From positions 12,090,001 through 12,154,000 of the forward strand of contig CP075494.1 of the NCBI GenBank assembly GCA_021613535.1: a stretch of 64,000 nt of DNA. The letters run 5' to 3'. This DNA is from Adineta vaga. Its lineage: Eukaryota > Animalia > Rotifera. Both the position numbers and the translations under genes were made by a program. The notes below the pieces were generated by a model that saw only the letters and a list, made by a program, of their open reading frames with translations, ran no database searches and had not been told where the DNA came from. Below are positions 27,389 through 39,171 of this stretch, in pieces; the first letter of the stretch is position 1; each line of letters begins with the position of its first letter.

Positions 27389-29488
27389 TGTATTAAAATA
27401 TAAACAAACAATAAATTTTTATTTCTGCTTTTCTGTTTCTTATTTAGTTGCTAATGATGATGTCATAGATAGTTGGGAAAAAGATAACAGAAGTTCTTTT
27501 GCTTTCTTTTTTAAAAAGGATAGACATTACTTTTTCTTGTTTCCCTTTTTTTTCTCTTCTTACTCAACGAATCATCAACATTTCTTTTCTTTTTTCTTCT
27601 TCTTCTTCTTCTTCTGTCTCATTTTTGACATGCATCCTTCAAGAATGAGATGTTCCCTCTCTCTCTCTTTTTTTTTATTTGTCATGTCGATGTTTGACTG
27701 TTGTTACTCCGATTTTTTTCCGACTGAGAATATCCTTTGCATCTCCTGCCATGAACAGCAATCATGTGGAAACGAAATCCACTCAATGATTATGATTATT
27801 AATTGAATGTTTGTCATCAAACGATGAATGAGATAATTTTTCACAATAAATTATGTATTTGTTATTCAGTAAATTTCTTTTGATACTTAGAAATTGAACA
27901 GAACATAGATGAAATGAAGAAACCATCCGATGAGAATAGTTGTTTTCGTTACAGATCAAAGATTATGTTTCTTTTCTTATTGAATGTAGAAAAGAATATA
28001 TCAAGACAAAGTATTCTTTCTACTCAACCACTTACTTTTTATAAGCAATTTTCGTTTCTATACTAATTGATTTTAAGCCTGACAGCTTTAATTCCGGAAC
28101 TGGTTAAAAGCAAACAATTTCCGTTTTTTTTTCTCACTTGTTTTTCTTTTCAATGGAATTTTATGTACAAAGAAAATGGTTTTCTTATTCATTGTGAATA
28201 TACAAAAAAAACAACAACCATAGATGTGTTTATATTTACGAAAGAAAAGTATCTCAATGAAAGATCTCATCTGACAGATTGAAACAGAATAGAAAATTTA
28301 TCATCTTTGAATACCTTCTCATGACATATGTTTTTTGACAGTTATCATATTTGTTTCTCACGACAGATCATAGAAATAACAGACATTGATTCTTCTCATC
28401 AAATATTGTTTTCTCAGTTAATATTATAGAAAAGAAAGAAATGACATAGATGACTTGACTAATCTTTTTTGAATGTAGGCCATTGTCGATAAACAAAGTT
28501 TAAGTAAATGATTAATATATATACGATCGATTGTTCACATTTTGAGAATGCGTATATTTTGATACGGAATCAAAAATTGTCTGGTAAATCACTTGAATCT
28601 AATTTAGTCGAAGTAAAACGATTGATTGATCATGTCGAGCCGAATTTCAATAGTTACAGCTTTTTCTTTTGACAATATATCAGATCATAACGGATTTTAT
28701 ATCATGCATAAGTCTCTGCGGAATAGTCACCAAACAGAAGGAATAAAACTATGATACTTAGATGGATGTATTGCATTGTACAAAATATTGATACTTTTAC
28801 GTTATGAACAGATTCAATAGTTGTAATCATACACATGATGAATATTTCGACATCATTATAGCCATTATAGGATTCAATAAGTACTGTTCTGAAAACTGAA
28901 TCGTATTAGATTGATGTACGAGAACAGTAAACTGATACCTAACATGTGCGAAATAATTATGTGGTGATGATACTACTATAAATAGTCATATGATTGGCTG
29001 TACATATAGTTAATGGATTCTAGTGATTCAGATTATCTTTCTTGGATGCATGTTAAAGTTTATCGACATCATTCATTCTAGACTTCTGTATAAGGAGATT
29101 TTCTAATTCGAACTGGTAGATTAAATTGTTGAGTTTCATAGAAAAACCTTTATCTGCAAACAAAAGAACATACATATGGTATATCAAAATGAAACTATTC
29201 AAAATCATTACATCTACTTCAAATTGTAACGTTCTAGAATAGAATGTCAGAAATTTAATGAATATATTTTAGTTATAAGATTTTTATCAATTATATTTTT
29301 ATCGCAATGTGATGTAAATCACTATTGATCGTGTCTGAAATCTTTCATGGTTATTCTTTCTTTTTGTTTCGTACACGTTTCATTAAAATTATAGATTAAT
29401 TATCAATCTGCTCTTTATAAAATACATATAATTCGAGATGAAGAAAAAGAACTGTAAAAATTGTTGTCATTCATTTCCATTCGATTGA

Positions 29489-30158
29489 TTATTTGATTTT
29501 TTTTCGTTTAAGTTCATTAAGAATTGTACTTGAAAGCATGTGAAAACATTCATTAAATGTATAGGCATTTTGTTCTTCACTAAAATCAATATCATTCAAT
29601 GTACCAAGAACAAGAACATAAGAACAAGCAATACGTAAGATTGAAAGACGACTTAATTTTGGTTGATCACCATACATTGGGATTACTTGTCGTAAGGCTT
29701 CAAATGCTGCAGTTAAATTATGTACACGTTCACGTTCACGTGCGTTCGCTTCTAAACGTTTATCATAACTTAAACGTGGACGTTTTGATGTTATATTTCG
29801 ATCAGTCATGGTCGTTTCTTCATCACCACTGAGAATTCCATCGTCTTCATCAGGAAGATTTACATATGAGAGATTTGATGTTTCATCATCGATCGATGTT
29901 ATGATTGATTCATCAATTTGATTTGAACATGAATTATTCGTTGATAGATTAATGACAGAAGATTCACTTGGTATCTTAATGGTTTTTGATGGATGTGCTG
30001 ATTTTCGCGACCTTTTTACTCGATTTGAATTCGTAATCGTATTTGTATTGATATCAACATGATTACTATCAATTTCACTTGGTTCGAGTTTCATCATTTC
30101 CCTACATAATGGAATAACAGAATAGAAAAGTAAAAAATTTTTCAACTTACTCTGCCAT
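29489..30158 (-). CDS. ATOH8: bHLH transcription factor, ATOH8/Net family
   Basis: RLEANARERERVHNLTAAFEALRQVIP...KLSRLSILRIACSYVLVLGTLNDIDFS. An 8-nt first exon (30158-30151) splices to 30101. Confidence 0.85.
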
Positions 30159-31201
30159 CGTTTTTATCACATCAATATTGTACACTTAAAAAAAAGAAAG
30201 TATAAATCGTATGCGTGTATGTATGTCTAAACAGCTTGTTTTATAACACATATATTTCTTCTACTACATCCGTATGGCCGGCTGTTGCTGCTGCTGCTGC
30301 TGTTGTTACTGCTATTATTTCTTCCATTTTCTCTCTCTCTCGCTTTTGCCACCTAACACGCATATATACAACAGCCGTCATCATTGACTAGTCTATTCGC
30401 ATGATGATTGCCTGCAACACATGTTCACTGTAGAAGAGAGAAACACAAGCAGACGGCGTAAGAATACTGATGCGATGGGGAATGTATTACACACATGTGA
30501 GAAGAGAGAAAACGTTTCCATTCGATACTTTCCTCCGTTTCCTTTTCTTCTTCGAACGATTTACATTTGTTCTTCGTCTCCTTCTTCTTATAGTGCTTTT
30601 TTTTGTTCTATTCGTATGGTGTCACGTCATTACTAGGCATCCGTATTGATAATCTAATAAAAAAAAAGAGAAAAAAAGAATGTTGACAGCTCACAGGTGC
30701 GAAAGTTAGTAATAGCCAGATGTATCCTACTCTCATAAAATGAATAGAAAAATTCTATTTATAACAAGTTTTTTGTCACTACAATACCGTAGTAATCTTT
30801 GACACAAACACTTACTTGATCTAATATAAGAATATTGATTTGTTATTGAACATTGAGCTCGAAGATGCTAGAATAAGAAATATAGGAAAGATGCAGAGTG
30901 AACTGCAAAAACAAGCTGTTATATTGATCAATCAAGGTTTCAAGTTATTTAGCTAACAAAACAAAAAAACTCCATTGAGAAATGAAAGAAAATACTTGCG
31001 GATGTCGACTAGAAGTTCAACGATACTTTATGAAAAAAAAGATTAATTATTGCATTTCTATATACATGCATTAATAAAACAAGAGAAATATTTGAATATT
31101 AGCTAGAGTACAGATTTACTTAGTTTTCACACCCCTAAAAAACAATAAATATTAACAATATTCATCACGTCAATCAAGAACATTGTAGGCGTAAATAGAT
31201 A

Positions 31202-31678
31202 ATGGAAATTAATCGTCCCACATGTACGAGAAGTGGTTGTAGTTTTTTGTTGGAATACGGAAAACTCTAAGCTTTGTTTTAGTAAAACAAAATTGGACGA
31301 CGAGTATCTTACGAGAAGAAGTTGCAACATTCAATACATTGGGTAAAAAAGAAAATATCTTTATTAAGATAAATCAGTTGTCTTAGTTGCAAAAGTATCT
31401 CTATAATTTCGTCACAGGTCATCGGCAATCTCCTATTTATATACTGAATACAGAAACGCAACATGAATATCAAAATCCATTTATAAAATTAATTGAACAA
31501 AATCGATATGGTCGCTTTGCTTCTACACCTGATCGAACACCACCAAATGGAATCTGTTAGTTCTTATATGCTAGACTTTTCTTTTATCTTCTATTAAAAA
31601 TCTTTTTATTTTGTAGTACCTACATGCAATGCAAAAACTTATCCAGATATCATTCCACGTTTTCATTTACTTAAATAA
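31202..31678 (+). CDS. Uncharacterised 93-aa protein, 4 exons, not in the ORF track
   Basis: Exons 31202-31223, 31283-31342, 31418-31555 and 31617-31678. Three GT-AG introns (59, 75, 61 nt), all phase 1, join into one open frame. AATAAA at 31723. Confidence 0.75.
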
Positions 31679-31815
31679 CTATTTTAAAATTTATTATGTA
31701 TTCTTTCTTTTATTTTCTAAATAATAAAGAAAAAGTAAGAAGACAATTTTGATGAAAATAATTATATTGTCCCTAGAATAAGAGAATCGCTTATAAAGCG
31801 CTTGATTACAGGTTA

Positions 31816-33144
31816 TTATAACATCACAGTTTGAATACTGCGATTACTACCAACACTCAATGGTCGTTGAATAAGCTGACCATTGGATAACTGTTGTATA
31901 AGTTGATTTGGTATTTGTGTTGAACAACCGATACCTGAATTTGAAGATAAAACAAATCTGGGCTGACAATTCATTGATGTTTGTTCGTTTTGAATTATAT
32001 TAGATTGTTGAATGCCAGAATCTCTGGATGCATAACCCTAAAATAATCGAAAATAGTCAATGAATGTTGGTGTTTATATAACATAGAAGAAATTAGTGGA
32101 CGTACTATTTGCACTTGTTCTGTATAGACTTGTGCTGGTGGATAAATATCTTGAACATATTCCGTTATCTGATATTGCGGTTGTTCAGCAACGGCAGGTG
32201 CTTGTACTGGATATGGTATAATAATAGGTGGTAACGATGCCGGTGTACAACTACGTGATCGACAGCAATGTCGGCGACGGCGACGATATTTTATACGTAT
32301 TGGTTCTTCGATAATACGTTCTACGACACGACAAGATGAAGATGCATAGTTTTGCTAAGTGACATAGATATCATTTATTTTTCAAAATGATAATTTAGTT
32401 TTTTATAGTACATACTTGTTGCGTATTATATTGACATTGTTGTTGTGCTTGCATCGGAACTGCTACTGGTACTGGTACTGGCACTGGAACAGGTACTTGT
32501 TCACGTATACACATTGGCTGTGGTAACATCATACGTTGTGAACATGGCATTTGCATTTGCATTGGCATTGAAGCAGGTGCAGGGCATGGGTAAGGAACTG
32601 GAACTGGAAATGGACATTGAACAGGAACTGGTACAGGGCAAGGACGATCAACTGGAACACGAACTTCAACATGTACTGGATACGGACGATCTACAGGAAA
32701 TGGTACGGGAACTGATACCGGACATGGGCGATCAACTGGCACTGGATATGGTTCAGGATAGGGCATTGGTACGGGAACGTGCACAGCACACGGACGATCA
32801 ACCGGAACCGGAACTGGTTGTGGAAAAGGAACTGCACAAGGACGATCGACAGGTACTGGATATGGTTGAGGACATGGTACTGAGACAGGAACAGGTACTG
32901 CGCATGGACGGTCAACTGGATAGGGTACCGGCTGAGGAACGGGAACATTGACTGGTGTTGGCATAATTACAGGTTGAATTGTATTTTGTATGGGAACATC
33001 AACAGTTTGAATAAAATTTTGTACGTAAGGTTGTGGCACTGGTATAGGATTAGCATAAGGTTGAGGAACGGGTACATCGTATGGTATCATCATCGGTGGT
33101 GAGCATAATCCCGATGAAGATGAGTTAAATCCACCAGCAAACAT
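31816..33144 (-). CDS. Pro/Val/Cys-rich articulin-like (VPV, PVDRPC) repeat protein, 399 aa, no signal peptide
   Basis: Exons 33144-32416, 32354-32106 and 32037-31816, all phase 0. Six PVDRP(C/Y) units embedded in VPVP strings. Confidence 0.85.
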
Positions 33145-34014
33145 ACTGATATCTTATCAACAAATAATGTTAATGGTAGTGAGACAAAACTACTTTACGT
33201 AATAGTAAAATAGAACCTTCATACGTCAACCTTGTTTAATAAGTATATGAATGAAAACAAAAACAAAACTAAGATTGTTTGTAAATATTATCTTCAATTT
33301 ACACTTGATTTAAATTAATAGTTAATAAACGAGAAAAAAGTATGGACTGATACAAGAAGATGTTCTTCTTATAGAATTTATTTCTGTTCTTCGAATATAA
33401 TGTAAGTATGAGAAGAAGACGACTAATGAAAGATATCGAATAAGGAAAGAAGAAAAAGGAGGAATTGATTCGCTTCAACGATTTGCTACTTATACGTACA
33501 CAAAATTGTAAAATTATTGTAATGAATATTTGATTGTTGTTCAACGAAATTTTCTTACAGATACTGGTGACAATTTAATTCAATCGTTACTTTCCTATTC
33601 TATTCTATCCAATAATTTATTTGATCATAATAACGATGTTCATAATCGAACAAAATTTCCTTCTTTGATCAATCAATTGTCGATATTGATGAATTATTGT
33701 TCGTTATTTTAGAAGAAAAAGGAACCTTCAAAGAAGGCTACAATCAGTTAAAACATGCTGAAGGTTTTTCTGTTCTTCTTTTTTTCAAGTTCGAACACAT
33801 CTATTCACATTTTCTCTCTCATATTCATGCGTAACGGCGGTGATTATCAAGACTAGACAGACACGTTACTACAGTATCTTTTATTTACATTCGAACAAAA
33901 TATGTTTACATGAACAAAAGACCTGAGAGAAAAATAATAGAAACCTAAATGAATTGTTTTTGTTTTTTTTTAACACCGGATCATTTTCTTTCGTTTTGTT
34001 TTCTTCGATTGTCT

Positions 34015-36041
34015 TTAACATTTATGTGTTTTATCACGTTGAACATTATAAACATAATAAATCATATGTTTATTATCCCAAGCAAATAATTTACCTTCAT
34101 AGGGATTATAAGTTAATTGTACTAGGAATTGAAAGGGAACAGCAAAACGAATTTTTGTTGTTGTAAATGCTACTTTCGAATAGATATCATAGACAACATC
34201 GATATAAGATTGTTGTTTATTGTAATATTGTACACCATAAAAGACACCATAGGCAATAAAAGCTTGACTTAAACTTGATGGATTATAGGGTAATATCCAT
34301 GTTTGCTGTGTATCTAATGTATCAGGATTGATATTAGCTGCAATGAAGTTTTTTGTTATTTGATCACGATATAATATCCATAGACCATTTTCATCTATTG
34401 AGAAATCATACCAACTTGATTGTGGTGTATTATAAAGTGGTTCACGGCTTGCAGGTATTTCGGTTGATTGAGTTTCACTTTCGGAAATCAAATCAAAACG
34501 TATAATAGTATTCTTATTTTCAACATTATATATAAAACTTCCTTGATAAACGATATGATTGACACCTGAATAAGGATATGGTAATGTAATGATTCGATTG
34601 GGTTTATTTTGAGTTAGATCGTTTTCACTATTATATTCGTATAATTGATTACCGATGACATGACGTGTAATATAGACTTTTTGAGCACCATTTGCTGTAC
34701 GAGGCATAGGATCTTTAAACCAAGCACCAAATGTATAATTATCTTGTTTAAGAAGGACCGGTGTACCAATAAATGAAAAGATGCAACCTAAATAGATAAA
34801 GAAATAGTTCTCGGATTGCGTATTAAAGTTTGGTCAGATGAAATATTTACGTTGAGCACGACGAAGAGTAGCTAATTGATTTTGATGAAATAGAAAGATA
34901 AAAATGAAATATGATAATAGTTCAAATTCTTACCGTCACGTTTAGATGATTCTAAAATTGAAGAAAAAGAAACATTTTATATAAGGAATAGAAGATAGAG
35001 AGTAGAGTAGTAGATAGACACCTTGATTTGGATCCGATATTGATGAAAAAGGTAGAGATGGGGAGAGTGCAGATGTTGAAGGACAAGTACAAACACCCTA
35101 TGAAAATATCAAGTTCATAGAAATCTAAGTTTTCGGAAAAATCAAACCTACAGGAATACCTTGTGGACCGATCTCACCACGTGGACCTGGAAAACCAATA
35201 CGTCCTGGTGGACCTGGCGGACCTAAAACAAAAGCATAATTTCATATAAAATTTTAACATTCAAATAAATTGTCTACCAGCTGGACCTTGAATTGCTTCA
35301 CCTGGATCGCCTTTTGGTCCCTGTGGACCTGTTGGCCCGTGAAGACCCATGGGACCAGGTAGACCTATTCAATGAATATATCATCCAATAGTAGTATATT
35401 TCTAAAAGTTTTATTTTACCTGTCGGTCCCGGTGGTCCTATTTGACCAGATAGTCCAGGTAATCCTGGGTAACCACGTTCACCACGTTCTCCTTTAGGTC
35501 CACGCAATTCTATAAAGATGAGGATAGTCGTATATAGAATCAGATACTCTATATCAATTACCTTCATTTTCTGTAACCAATTTTTTACAATGATCTACTG
35601 ACTTGACACAGAATGTTGACATTGCCAGTGGCTATAAAGAGACAAGTTATTAAAAAATGATTCATATTCATTTTGTTTTTTCTTCTCTCTTACCGGTACT
35701 TTGAAATAAATCGATCCAAGAAGTGAATCTATATCTTCTGTGTCTTCTGGTTGATGTCTATTGAGTAATTTGGATTTGATACGTGCATGTCTCGATCGAC
35801 GATTTAATGCATCATAATTATTTATTCCTGCTGAAATAATAATTTGTGTTGATTCTAATTCTGTTAATCGTTGATTAAGATTTGCTAATTGATTTCGATC
35901 AATTCGAATCGTACGCGAATAATAAACAAATGAAAGACCCCATAATATCGTTAAACTAGCAAGTAAGAAATATAGAACCATAATATGAAGACGATTCGAT
36001 CCCGCATAATGAATTGTATGAATAACTTTGGATGATTTCAT
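34015..36041 (-). CDS. Gliomedin/colmedin-like type II membrane collagen with olfactomedin domain
   Basis: N-terminal TM, RRSR furin site, Gly-X-Y exons at 35150-35510, OLF domain (GAWFKDP, DFSIDENGLWILY, LTYNPYEGKLFAWD). Confidence 0.92.
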
Positions 36042-37084
36042 ATTAAATAAATCTAAAATAAAACATAAACTCTACCTAATACTCAAAAAATTATTCGAAA
36101 TATTCTCTTCTTTTTCTTCTGTCCGTTCATTCATCATTTTATTTAGTAAAACTAAATTGTATCTGATCTGTAAACTAGTTTGCAATTAAAGCATAAAATG
36201 AAAGAAAAAAAAAACGAATATGAAGGTTGACATTCTCTCACTTCGTACAATGTCTAACACATTCTTCTTCTTTTTTTTCTGTACCGCAAACCCTCCAGCG
36301 AACATCTCCTCCAATAAGTACTTTTTCATATGTTGATGATAATATATGACGAAAAAAAAAAGTGCGAGCAAAAAATGAATACACCATATACATATATTAT
36401 AATGCAAATAAAAATAATTACTACATAGGAATATATATATATATGTATCGAGTAGAAGGATCAATAACAAAAGACAATGAAAAGTAGACGAATTAATATG
36501 ACAATCGTAGTTATACCTGAGAAAATAAATGATAACGATTAAAAGAATTTTCTGATTAGAGAGAAAAAAAGTAAACGAAATCATTAATCATACAATTATT
36601 CTCTTTGATCCAAATGTCAAATATGATAAATATCTACGATTTCCAAATCTATTGTTAATTTTTTCAAATATTTAAATCTTATAACCATTTAATTGTCCAT
36701 GAATATTAATCAATGACAAAAAGCAAAAGAAAAATCCGAATGTATAGTTTCGCTTGTTTTATTCGTTGTGCATATTAACTATCTATACATTTCTATTCGC
36801 TTTTTTTTACCATTGACAATTAGCATAGATGAAAAGATAGATGACAGCGAATTTGCGTGTTATATCATCGCCATCAGCATCGATCAATTTAGTTCTCGGA
36901 CATCATAGTCAGAAGAAAACAGACTTCTAATTTCGAGGAAAATATCTTTAATGGAAAAAAACACAACTGTTACTGAATAGTTTTCGATTAACAAAAACTA
37001 TCGTTTGTATTAGAAGAGATTATTTCTAGAATGTTTTATTTTATTTATCGAATGTTAAAATGAAATTTTTACATAAATACAAGA

Positions 37085-38569
37085 TTAAAAATTGGATAGA
37101 AATCCACTGTCGTCCGTAGTATTTGTTCGTGATGATTGTTGACGATATTGAATTTTTGGTGATGGTGGAAGTGGTTCATCTAATCCAACAATTCGTTTAA
37201 GCATTGCTTGTAATGATGATCGGCGTTTATCTAACATATATAATGTATGATTACTATTTTTCAATGAACTAACCGGTTGATAAATAGATAGTTCGTCGAA
37301 TTCATTGACGATGGATGTTGATGTTGATATACGATTGGTTGTATTACTATGAAGAGAAAACGAAGGATTTGATAAAACAGATGTTCTCTCAGTTATTTGT
37401 GGACTTTGAATTGTTTTTGAACGTTCACGAACAAATCCATTCTTTTCTGCATCTTTCGCCTCTTTCCATTGTTTAAAAACATTGTCCGCACGTCGTTGAC
37501 GTAATTTTTGTGCACGTAAACTAAGACGAGATTGTTCACGATTTAATGCTTGTGTATAATATGTTTTTAAACAATGTAACTGATAATTTTGTTTTGCCCA
37601 TTCTTGACGAGTTAAATATCCTCGTTTATACGATTCTAATAAATCTTTGTAACGTTGATGATAATATTCTAATGTGTAGATATTCTGAGAGATGCTTTCA
37701 CTTTCTTCTTGTTTATCAAGCATTTCACGAAACGTTTGTTCTTGTGCTTGACAAGCATCTCTCGTAAGAAGATCGATGGATAACGAATTCGGAGATGAAT
37801 AACGATGAATTTCAAAACCATGACGACTGTTTACATAACGAATTGTATTTGTTATTGTAGTTGATGATGAATGACTTTCATTTTCATCAATTCGTCGAAA
37901 ATTTTGATGTTCTGTTTCAGATTTTAATTTAATTTTATTAACATTCGTTGACAATGGCTAAATAAAATATAAAGTAAAATAATCTAGTTCGATATACTTT
38001 GAACTCATTTTTTTAATGTTTGATTGTACTTTCTGTTTGTACGAGGTAAAGAAATCGCATAAGGTGTTTTTCATATGAAAAAAAAAATAATTCATTATGA
38101 CTATATTCAATATTTTAGTCTTATTTTGCTTATTTGTACAATAAATAGACTGTTCTAAGCCTTCAAAATCAAGTTCACATGATGACATATACTTTTCTTT
38201 TCTTTTTATATATTACTTTACCATTGTTATCAGTTGTTCGTTATTGAATGATTTGACAGATGTATTCATCGATTTTTCCTTTTGTCTATTCAATCGTATT
38301 AATTTACAATCGTAATTCGATGGATTCAACTTATTTATATGAGCTGCACGTGATACAGTCAGTCGATCATAAACTGGATTGGCTAAAACAGAGAGAAAAC
38401 GAAATAGATTATTTGTTGAGAAACAAAATCTTTCTGAATTTTACCAATAATTCGCATCATTTGAATTGGATTATCTAAGACAGGATGTGGACGACTAAAG
38501 TAGAAAATATAAGTGAAAATTTGTTGAAAAATAATTTGGAAAATACCTGGTCACGACTTCAGTATTCAT
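37085..38569 (-). CDS. Uncharacterised 368-aa coiled-coil protein, possibly microtubule- or cilia-associated
   Basis: Exons 38569-38547, 38494-38445, 38382-38222 and 37957-37085 join in frame. Contains NPVYDRLT and ADNVFKQWKEAK motifs. Confidence 0.7.
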
Positions 38570-39171
38570 GAGGTTAGGTTGTTAATAATTAATTATCAGA
38601 ATGAAATAAGGATTGTCCGATGTGTATTGACAATGGAGTATAGATTGTACACGGAGAGAAAATTTCTATGTATTTCTTGTAAATGAAAGTAGGTAGTGAA
38701 TAATATTGATTGAATGAAGTTTATGCAATGCATTTTTTTTCTTTCTTCTTTTATATATGATTAACATATTGATATGTTACTACCATCATTAAACCAGACA
38801 GTAAGAAACCTAAGGAAATCAATTTTCACTGTCGAAAATCACGATATTGTAGAGAAATTGAAGAAAATCAAAAATACAAAAATTTTTGTTTCTTATTGAT
38901 TAAATATATTGAAAATAGAATTCGTTTTTGAGTTCATTTATCCTGTGCGTATGTGTACTATTTCTGACAAGGTTATCTCGACTCGACAATCGAATATTCT
39001 TTTGAACTCTCCGATTCAATGGATTGAGATGATTTTATACAACAATCAAAGATTTTCTTCCGTCAAACAAAGAAAACAAAATGCACACACATATACAAGA
39101 AAAAAAGCAGAGAAATTTAAATAATATTTGAAATCGAATACACAGATATAGATGAATATCATAGACAAAAT

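Noticed and set aside
27500-29450. 2-kb gap with short ORFs
   Set aside because: Low-complexity promoter or intergenic DNA with no coherent splice chain or RNA gene signature.
30410-30725. E-boxes (CATATG, CACATG, CAGGTG, CAGATG) upstream of ATOH8 as an autoregulatory module
   Set aside because: Hexamers of this kind occur often by chance and cannot be supported without conservation data.
32445-32951. 168-aa plus-strand ORF and 85-aa alternative-frame ORF over the VPV repeats
   Set aside because: Shadow frames of a repetitive Pro/Val coding sequence.
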